Below are positions 53,908 through 64,000 of a DNA stretch of 64,000 nucleotides, piece after piece. Position 1 is the stretch's first letter. The number at the start of each line of letters is the position of its first letter. Location: the NCBI RefSeq assembly GCF_001194135.2, contig NC_069004.1, positions 4,860,454 to 4,924,453 of the forward strand, in the 5' to 3' direction. The translations under genes and the position numbers were made by a program. Source of the DNA: Octopus bimaculoides. Taxonomy: Eukaryota. The notes below the pieces were generated by a model. That model saw only the letters and a program-made list of their open reading frames with translations, was not told the origin of the DNA and made no database searches.

Positions 53908-55213
53908 GCGTGTGTATGTGTGTATGTGCGTGTGCTTGCGTGTGACTGTGTATACGTAATATGCGTATGTGTCTGTACGTTTGTGTTTGTATGAGTGAAG
54001 GTCTGTCTCGTGCCTACAAGTTCTTCCGGATGAATGAATGAACATCTGGAGTGCCTCATAGACTCGAGAGTGTACTTAACATTTTTCATTTATGCATCGC
54101 AGTTACTGCGGCCCTTCAGCAGTGTTTGGTAATGTGAGTGTTTTGTGATATAAATATATATATATATATATGTATGCATGTATGTATGTATGTATGTATG
54201 TATGTATAATGTACTATTCTTTTATAAGTAGGATAAAGAATATGTAGTCCATCTATTGAAATATATCAGTTGATATACACAATATTTTAGAATTGGCTGC
54301 TAAACTTTTTATTCTGTAGAGTTACAAAAATTTGGGGTGTTATATAACATGCATTGTGTGTCCAAGCAATCTTTCAGACTCAGTGCACACCGTTAGACGT
54401 ATTTGAAAACCAGACCGCTGGACTATCAGAGACCATGAGAATGGAAAATGTGTGGGATCCCGCGAAAGCGGATAATGCCAAAAGTGGAACAAGTAAAATA
54501 AACACAGGAAGTAAGAAGACCAAGTTCTCCGTCATTTTTTGTCTACTGGAATGATAAAACGCAGAGGATGCAATAGTCCAGAGTAGTACGGCTACCTATT
54601 CCGCTTTCGATTAAAAAAAAAAACGGATATGCCATTTAAAGTCAGATCTAGAATTAAGTAGTGCGGTAGAATTCTTGGATCAATGTATACAGATGTTGTA
54701 AGAATTTTAGAAACAGGCGAATGTACGGGAAATAATTCATAAGGCTATAAACATTTAAATAATGCATTGTAAAACTCTTTTTGTTTTTGTTTTTTTTTTG
54801 TTTTTTTTTTGTCAGGTAAAAACGAAAGGGTTTGTCTCCGACAGGCAATCTTCGATTTTTCTAACAACAGAAGGGTTTTACAATACAATATAAAAATGCT
54901 GTCGTTTATAGTTTCATGTATGCGCTTCGAAATATGATACTACAAAAAGCATTTGCATGTGTGTGTGTTGTGTGTTTGTATGCATGTGTGAGCTTGGGCA
55001 TGTGTGAGTATACACACGGACACATATCTCCTGTATGTCTATTTTAATTATGTATGCATGTATTTATATATGTGTGTGTGGGACCGTATTGATGTATTTC
55101 TAGATACACGTTCCTCTTAACACATCAATAACCAACTATAGGCGAACACAAATGTCATATCCCTGTACATACACACACACATACACACACAAACACACAC
55201 ACACACATATATA

Positions 55214-55275
<62 letters not shown>

Positions 55276-58119
55276 NNNNNNNNNNNNNNNNNNNNNNNNN
55301 NNNNNNNNNNNNNNNNNNNNNNNNNNNNNNNNNNNNNNNNNNNNNNNNNNNNNNNNNNNNNNNNNNNNNNNNNNNNNNNNNNNNNNNNNNNNNNNNNNNN
55401 NNNNNNNNNNNNNNNNNNNNNNNNNNNNNNNNNNNNNNNNNNNNNNNNNNNNNNNNNNNNNNNNNNNNNNNNNTATATATATACACTCATACACACACAT
55501 ATATATGTACATATACTGTCTATCCGTACAAGTGTGGGTATTGATTTCTTCATCATATAACAAAAACTACGTTCTGCTCCGGCCGAATGCTCTTAATTTA
55601 CGCATCTGTAGGTTTGTTAAAGAGCAACGGATGTTCTCGGGAGAGAAATTTCCAGCTTTCTCTATCAACCCCTTCCCAAACCCCTCTCCTTCACTGTAAC
55701 GCTCTCTGCCCCTCTCTTTGTCTCCCTTCGATTTCCATCTCTAACGTCGTCTCTTTCTCTCTCTCGCTTTTTCAATCAATTTGATAATGAATAATTTTCT
55801 TTAATGCTTTTGGTATATATATATATATTTTTTTTATAACTTACCCACACGATATATTTTTATATTCGTACGATTTTTTTTAACCGATTTTTTTTCTTTT
55901 TATCAGCTCTTATCGATTTCTCGCATAGGCACAAGGACCTCCGCTTTCTCTATAAGCAAATTTTCATGGATTTCAATAAATCTTTCCCAGTATTTCAATA
56001 AATCACTATATAGAGAAAGAAGGCCTCTGATCTAACATCAACGGAAGGAATAATACCGTTCCCCAGATTCGAACTCGCAATATAAGCTAAAGAACTTCAA
56101 TCACATCTAACTACTTTGCCAATCATTTTAACAACGAATCTACCAGGTAATCTTACAACCGATATAATTTATTTCAGAGAATGCTGTTCGATTATATCCA
56201 AGCCGTAGATATGCAAGGTAAAATCAACCCTGACTGAATTTTAACTTCGAATGTGAAAGATGGTTACGGCTTTTTCTTCCCTTTCTTTCTTTTTTTGTCT
56301 CGTCGCTTTAGTAATACAGCTAATCTCTTACTATCTGTTTCTTAGGCATCGTTGTTAATCCACTATATCGGATACTGGATAAAACGTCGGTCAAGGTTTT
56401 TATTTTGGTATTTATATGCGTTTAAATCTTCTTGGATTATCTCATTTGATTTCGTCACCCCTAGTTCTATAGAAGTAATATATTAGTCGAACTTTTATTT
56501 GTTTCACTTATTGGATGATGACCAAGCTGAGGCAGCGCGTGAAATTATGTCACACATGGTCTTGTCCATGTTTGCTTTCAGCACGTGCTTAAATGCGGTA
56601 AATGCCTACCACCGTATTATCGTGCTCCTCGAGACCTTGGAATTCATGCATCAGCGCATATTCAATGTATGCCTTAAATATGCGTGACCCTTTGCCTACT
56701 CGATTTCAGTGGTTAGCGCGTTGGATTTAAAATCATGAGTTAATGATTTCGTGTGCAGTATAATATGTAGTAGTCCAGTCGCTTTCTTTCCGAGTAGTTT
56801 TTCTAGCTGCCCTTATCCTCTTCGATATCGTCTGATCAATGAAACCATGCTCATCTTTTTCTCATTTCTTTCTTTTTTTCCGTACTCTCTTTTAAGATTT
56901 TGGGCCACCGAATTAGAAAGAATGGTTAGGGCAGCAAAAGATTCTTTGTCGCATTTGTGCAGACTCTTTACGTTCCGAATCACATGTCGCGACACATTTT
57001 TTTTTTGCATTTTTCTGGGTTTTGGTAAAATGAATTATCCTTAAAATACTGGGGTTAAAAATTCCAACTTACTACAAGCCTTAAAATTCGTTGGCTTTGT
57101 GCTTAAATCATAAAAATTTAGTATGTATGTAATTAACCGCATCCTTAAGACCATTGCATTTTAACGCTTCGTTTCGAAAACGTAAAATTGTTTGATACAA
57201 TACTCTGATTAATCTTAATGTGCGTACGAATATCACGAACCATTTCTTTCATCTATTAGATAAAAAATATTTCGAAAAACCATAAATATTACAAGCGTTT
57301 TCTTTCCATAAAAATAATGCTAAATTAATTTAACGTGTACACAAATGTTGCTGCAGAAATAGCAAATATTAATTGCAAAATCTAAGATAGTTATCTATTG
57401 CAAGTTAATCTTTCCCATTTGTGCAATTGTTTTAATCCGCTAGAACGTCTCTTAAATAATTTATGTCTTTCTACATCGATTGCATATTGTGAGAAAATAT
57501 TTACAGCATGTGAATCACTGTCAAAAGAATGTATCAACCTTTTCACTGAAAATCCTTTTAAGTTAAGATTTAATCACCACATCTATATTTTTCGGATATC
57601 TGGAAAGATATCAAATTTGCCAAAGCATATCTGAAATTTTTTTTTTAAATAGCGTATCAGCAAAATTTCAATATCATTTCGAAAATATAATAATACGCCG
57701 AAACTTAGACTCAGATAAATGATGGGTGTGATCTGTATAGCTTTAAAAGAATGGATATACTTTTACACGTAGTGAAGAAGGCATCTTTGATAATCGATAA
57801 GCGCTGATACACTGCAGCTACCATAAATGGAAGGTTTTGTTCAAATATTTCAAAATGTTTAACGGTTGAATGCTGGTAAACTTTCTCCAATACTGTTAAA
57901 CGTCTCAAATTAATCAAATGCTGCTGGGTGTTTTTTCTTCTTCTATTATTTGTCTTCTCTATATATCATATTCAACGGTTATTTATTTCCTATATAAACA
58001 TAAAAATCGGTATTTTCTATTTATTTCGCTGCTTGAGAATCCCACATGTGCAATTTGTGAAGCTCCAGCTTAATAGAAATCTATTTATACATACATACAT
58101 GCATACATACGTATATATA

Positions 58120-58231
<112 letters not shown>

Positions 58232-60018
58232 CATGTGGGTCTTATGGAGGTCAATAGACAAATAAGTCGCTCGGTAGGTATGCAAGTAAGTAGGTACATA
58301 CATACGTACGTCGATCGATAATCAATCGACCTGCAATGACAAAAGAACTCCATTATCGGCAGATATCAATAACTAAAGGAAATTTAACGAAGAGGAAAAC
58401 ATAACAACAGAAAAAAACAACGCAAAAAGAAATACCGAAACCACAACGAAATAACCTCAGAAGCGCCATAATGCAAAAAATTGAAAATAGAAACAAAACA
58501 CAATAGGAGACTATATATATACAAATAAAAAGTATAAACATCCAATTAAAAGACGCCGCAAAATAATAATGATAATAATATACATTGAAATTACAATAAT
58601 GATTATTAAATGGTCCACGTATGCAGCAATGACAAAAGAGGAGCAATGGAAACTGATATTAAAGCCCTGAAAAAATACAGAAGGCGTTTATAAAGTAATA
58701 GAGATATAAGTATAAATAATAATGCAAAATTCATATAGACAACAAAGAAACTAACTCAGTCTTACGTGTTGAGGTGACTACATTCTAAAGACTACATTCT
58801 AAAGAATTCTGTAAATAATCTGAACATATGTATGTATGTTTTCATATATATTGTGTTAGTCTGCCCACAGCTTGGATTGCAATGTTAGTTTCTTTACGTC
58901 CTAGTATAAAATAGTGGTCCGACTCATACAATAAGTAACGGGGTCGATCTCAAATCGAAGAAAACTGAAAATGTTGACCACGAATCAGCGTCGAGTGCTC
59001 CGTTTTAAACACATTTTGCAATGGAACAAAAATGCTGATAAAATCTAAATCGTTAATATTATAACAGAGTGCTATAAAGATCAATAAACTTACGAAACAA
59101 TACAGACACAAGAGCAGTTAACAAGATAAAAAACAGAAATGTTGAATTTCCCTGGGACTAGAAATATCATAAACATCAATATTTAAATTAGAAAACAGCG
59201 GAAGCGCGTCCATTCTTACATACGATTCATAACTCAAACGTTTCGACTTCTGTCTCAATGGAATACACAGTTATTCTTTGCATAATTACACAGTCAGCAT
59301 ACATAATAAATTAATTTAATGTGATGTGTTACCCATTTCATCAGGACCAAAATAATAGAGAACTATTAATAGCGATATATGCTAGTGTAGGATGGTCACA
59401 TCAAGTATATTGTTTATAATTTTGTTCGTTTGACTTTAGTTTATTTTTTTACCTATTCGTAAATTTCGTTGATGAAACATTCATATTTATTGATTTCTTT
59501 ATTCATTTATTTATTTACATATTTATTCATTTATTTATTTATTCATTCGTTTATTCATTTATTTATTGCTTTTTTCTCGTTGGTATATCCAGTACTTTTA
59601 TGAATATTAATAGTGATATTTTATAATATTAAAGAAATTTTTAATGAAAGGTGAAATAAGGGGTAAAAAAGAAATATAACAAAAAAAAAGAAAAAAGTAA
59701 TTGACAAATTTCTCGAAATGCATTATTAGAATTACGATATTACACGACAAGGAAATATCAAAATTCATATAATTACTAGTTAAATCAACGAGCAGAAGGG
59801 GAAAAATTAATTTGATCGATGAAAATTAAACATTGCACTTGCAGCACTATATTTAACACGACCCATAAAGGACCAATACTGCGTTCAGTATAATCGATCG
59901 TATACGCTCCCACGAACACGTGGTTTTTATGGTTATATTGTAAAGCACTATAGTTATGATTAATATTTTTATTATTGTTGTTGCTGTTGTTGTTGTTGTT
60001 AGTATTTTTTTTTTATTG

Positions 60019-60432
60019 AAGGCGGTGAGCAGGCAGAATCGTTAGCACGCCGGGCGAAATGCTTAGCGGTAATTCGTCTGCCGTTACGTTCTGAGTTTAA
60101 ATTCCGCCGAGGTCGACTTTCATCCTTTCGGGGTTGATAAATTAAGTACCAGTTACGCACTGGGGTCGATGTAATCGACTTAATCAATTTTGTCTGTCCT
60201 TGTTTGTCTCCTCTGTGTTTAGCCCCTTGTGGGCAATAAAAAATTAAGAATCCGTAGCACGCCGGGCTAAATGCTTAGCGGTATTTCGTCTGTCTTTACG
60301 TTCTGAGTTCAAATTCTGCCGAGCTTTCATCCTTTCAGGGTGGATAAATTAAGTACCAGTTGCATACTGGGTCGATCTAATCGACTGGCTCCCTCTCTCA
60401 AAATTTCGGGCCTTGTGCCTTGTTTAGAAAAG
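60019..60432 (+). mobile_element. Composite of two SINE family A units with different tails (60019-60245 and 60247-60432)
   Basis: Unit 1 ends ...agccccttgtgggcaataaaaaatt. Unit 2 restarts at agaatccgtagcacgccggg and ends ...gggccttgtgccttgtttagaaaag. Confidence 0.9.
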
Positions 60433-60521
60433 TATATTGTAAAGCACTATTGTTATTATTAATATTTTTACCATTATTGTTGTTGTTGATGTTGCAGTTG
60501 TTATTAGCATTTATATTATTG

Positions 60522-60625
60522 AAGGCGGCGAGCCGGCAGAATCATTAAGCACGCTAGACGAAATGCTTGGCTGTATTTCGCCTGTCGCTACGTTCTGAGT
60601 TCAAATTCTGCCGAGGTTGACTTTG
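60522..60625 (+). mobile_element. SINE family A head, 3'-truncated
   Basis: aaggcggcgagccggcagaatc...gttctgagttcaaattctgccgaggttgactttg. Confidence 0.88.
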
Positions 60626-60778
60626 AGTCGGTTGTAGGGGCTAAAATCAACGCCGACAAATTAGTGGGTTTGCAATTGGGCTCCTGGAGACATAGGGCGA
60701 TGCCATCGGACGGCGGAACAACTGGAACGAGGTGGCGGAAAGGGTGGCTAGTCTTACCCAGAAATGGGTAAGACTGGC
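60626..60778 (+). mobile_element. Tx1/L1-type RT thumb fragment with an internal deletion and a terminal fold-back
   Basis: ESVVGAKINADKLVGLQLGSWRHRAMPSD / NNWNEVAERVASLTQKW matches the L1/Tx1 GAKIN..KS.GL.LG.W and NW......V....W motifs. Confidence 0.75.
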
Positions 60779-60848
<70 letters not shown>

Positions 60849-60869
60849 ACAGCGCAGCCGCAACAGCAA

Positions 60870-60941
<72 letters not shown>

Positions 60942-60953
60942 TAGTAGTAGTAG
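60779..60953. repeat. (TAG)n/(CAG)n trinucleotide repeats
   Basis: Direct reading. Confidence 0.95.
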
Positions 60954-61773
60954 AGCCTGGCATTGAAAGAATTGGTTGTGTGCCAGAAAAATGTACATTA
61001 AGTGCTTAGTCATGGAATTTTATTTTCGAAGTTGATAACCCCCCCATTGGGTTTAATTTGTGTTTCATGTTGTCAAGGTTCGATAAAATATGTATTCTTT
61101 CATATCATAGCATTTTGTCTTTGATCTTCTTCTATAAACCGCTGATCAATTTGGACGTTCTCGCTCTCAATTGCTCTCTTCAGGTGCTATTCCTGCGAGC
61201 ATCGGCGATCACAGGCCTCAATGACAATCTCTGAATATTCATGATATATCTTAGTACAGGCAGTGCAGTGGGCGCTGCTTTCTATTTTCGTTTGCCTTTA
61301 TCTGTTTTGTCCTTTGCATGTTTCAGTCATTAGTCTGCGGGCATACTGGGGCATCACCTTGAAGAATGAATCGATCCCAGTATTTACTTTTTCAATGCTT
61401 CGTACTTATTCTGCCAGTATTATTTGTGTGTGTGTGTGTGTGTGTTTTTGTTTGTTTGTTATCTTGAGCAAAACACTTCATTTGACGTTACTTCCGTTCA
61501 CTCAACTGTAAATATGTGACCCTGCAACGGACTGACGACCTTCCGTTCAGGGAAGGTATCACGATCTTAGTCATTTATAAGACATGAAACCGGACAATCG
61601 GTCCCACGAGGTCTAGAATCTGATATAGACTTTGCTTTTTTAAGAAGGTTTTTAGGCATAACTCGTTCAAATCCGGCTGCGTTTAGACGTTTTTGATTTG
61701 TCTAGAATCAATTAATTAAATAACACTCATGTTCTGGTGTAACCATAACTGACTGGATTTTTTTCTCCAAGTG

Positions 61774-62081
61774 AAGCCGTGTGGCTTAGTGGTTAAGGCA
61801 TTCGGCTTTCGATCATAAGATCGTGAGATCGATTCCCGGCAACGCGTTGTGTCCATGAGCAAGACACTTTCTTTCATATTGCTCCCGTCCACTCAGCTGG
61901 CAAAAATGAGTTGTACTTGTAATTCAAAGGCCTAGCCTTGTTACATTCTGTGTCACGCCGAATCTCTCTGGGAACTACGTTAAAGGTACGCATGTCTGTG
62001 GCGTTCTCAGCCTTCCTGTACGTTAATTCCAAGAGCGGATCAACAGCGACTCTTATCTTTGTAACCGAAAGAGTTCCAGTG
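61774..62081 (+). mobile_element. tRNA-derived SINE family C, near full length
   Basis: gtggcttagtggttaagg (A box), gagatcgattcccgg (B box), ttgtgtccatgagcaagacact...ttgctcccgtccactcagctggcaaaaatgag centre, gtaaccgaaagagt tail. Confidence 0.88.
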
Positions 62082-63035
62082 CCAATTCCTTTCCATAAAA
62101 CGGACGCCACTGATTCGATATAAGAACACATTATTATATTCATATTTATTCTATTGTTGTAGAGGACATATTTATTACTAATATGTATTTTTATATATCA
62201 GTCATTTTGAAGAATGGTGCCGTTAGTAACTGGACACATCAGACGGTGTAGCGCTAGATAATCTACGCCCAAAAGAACTTACTGGATTAGTGACTGCAAG
62301 AATACAACTGAAAATAACCATGTTACTCAGAGGCAGCCCAGGCGTTTAAACAACTGTGAAAGGCACTTCGTGCAGTGTAATCTAAGGTACACCATACCAA
62401 TAACAATTACTGGATGCGGCTGTCAGTAATATATTTCATTAGAGACGTACTCGACCAGGGATAACTTACACGTTTAAACAATTTGTGTAATTGAAACACT
62501 GGATAGTGTAGTTCTAGATACACTATTCCTAGCACAAGCAGTTAGATGAGCACGGTAAGAATGACTCTGATCATAATTCTGCTGAACCAGGATTGTCTTG
62601 GGGCTACACGACATCAACAGCAAAGGAGACATCAGAAAATGTAGTTTTAGATGGACTATGTCAAAAACAATACACCGGATAGAGACGGCAGAAATAGCTT
62701 TTGATCGTGGTTATATGATGTCTTTGATCAGTGCCGACCTGGGGTTAAACAACAACATTATATTCCTGACATTAATCTTATTACTGCAAAGTGATTATCT
62801 TCTCCCCGGGGGTCTAAGCCGACTAAGTTAAGTGATCGAAACGGATCCGCATTCTTGATTTGCCACTAACCTTAATTTCATTCATCGATTCTCGCCATTA
62901 ATCAAATGGAAATATCGATTTCTGGCTTTGGCCACGAGTACAAAGAGATGTAATCAATAAATAAGAGGACAAACATAATTGATTTCCGTTCATTTAACAA
63001 GGTCTGAGGTTTGATTACGATTCGAACAAGGGATC

Positions 63036-63076
<41 letters not shown>

Positions 63077-63414
63077 ATATATATATATATATATAGGCGC
63101 AGAGATTACTGTGTTTGCTTCTCAACCACATGGTTTCAGTCCTACATCATTGTATGCTGGGCATATATCCTGGATCCGACCAAAAACCTCGTGAATGGAC
63201 TTGATAGAGTCCTTCCACCGCTTGACTATTGGTGTTACTTTGTTTACATCCCCATAATTTATCAATTCAAGACCGACAATATAAGTAATAAATAACAGGT
63301 TTTAAGAAATGAAAATAAGCACAAAAATTCGATTTATTTGACTAAAACCTTTCAGGGCACTGCTCTGACACAGTCGTAGTGAAATGTTTGATACAAGTTG
63401 TTGATAAAAGACCC

Positions 63415-63610
<196 letters not shown>

Positions 63611-63943
63611 ATGGCTCGATTAATCAGAAGCAGAACTGAAAAGGAAAGGACTTATCATTTATGAGGAGGGTTATAATGACGAAAATGTCTTAACACATTA
63701 ATTTATTTATTTGTCTGTCGGTCTGCATATCTATCCATTTCTCTGTCTATTTATCTACCTAGCTATTGTTCTTTACTCCCTATTTTTCTCTCCCCATTTT
63801 TCTTTTCCCTAGAAGAGCGAAAGTTCGAAAGTTACAGAGTTCTTTCACTTTTCCTCCCCGTCTATTTAATATTTATATATAAAAATTTAAATAGGTATAC
63901 ATACACTTATATTGGTATGTGATATATACATACATGCATGCAT

Positions 63944-64000
<57 letters not shown>

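Noticed and set aside
57398-57917. ORFs 57398-57634 (+) and 57711-57917 (-) as a hAT dimerisation relic or host exons
   Set aside because: Only a vague STSIAYCEKIF resemblance and weak splice signals; not supportable by eye.
58333-58639. 14-bp direct repeat gcaatgacaaaaga as a target-site duplication
   Set aside because: The enclosed sequence has no tail, head or terminal repeats; A-rich chance match is plausible.
61532-61560. CUGACGA-CCUUCC/GGAAGG hammerhead-like hairpin
   Set aside because: No GAAA after the stem, and it lies in a SINE tail.
61774-61850. tRNA gene
   Set aside because: A and B boxes are present but there is no closed acceptor stem, and the sequence continues into a SINE body.

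Overview
Eukaryotic, very AT-rich, microsatellite-saturated draft-assembly DNA with about 28 N-gaps, nearly all at (AT)n tracts. The repeat content (tRNA-derived SINEs, R4/Dong, RTE and Tx1/L1 LINE relics, mariner/Tc1 and Helitron relics, Penelope-type repeats) looks like a coleoid cephalopod, probably Octopus (inference, not a database result). I could not recognise any host protein-coding gene. Almost all supplied ORFs are artefacts of microsatellites or N-runs; a few short exon-like segments on both strands are given only as candidates. There is no CRISPR array, rRNA or true tRNA gene. The most interesting signals are: (1) two minimal type I hammerhead ribozymes in Penelope-type repeats (1004-1038, 3112-3157); (2) a Tx1/L1-type LINE fragment inside a (GATA)n tract whose apparent 3' tail is 32/39 identical to the tail of a SINE at 60 kb, suggesting a SINE-LINE partnership; (3) a complete Helentron-type non-autonomous element; and (4) several nested, permuted or fold-back retroelement structures. 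None of these proves a new biological system. All translations and alignments were done by eye and TE boundaries are approximate.
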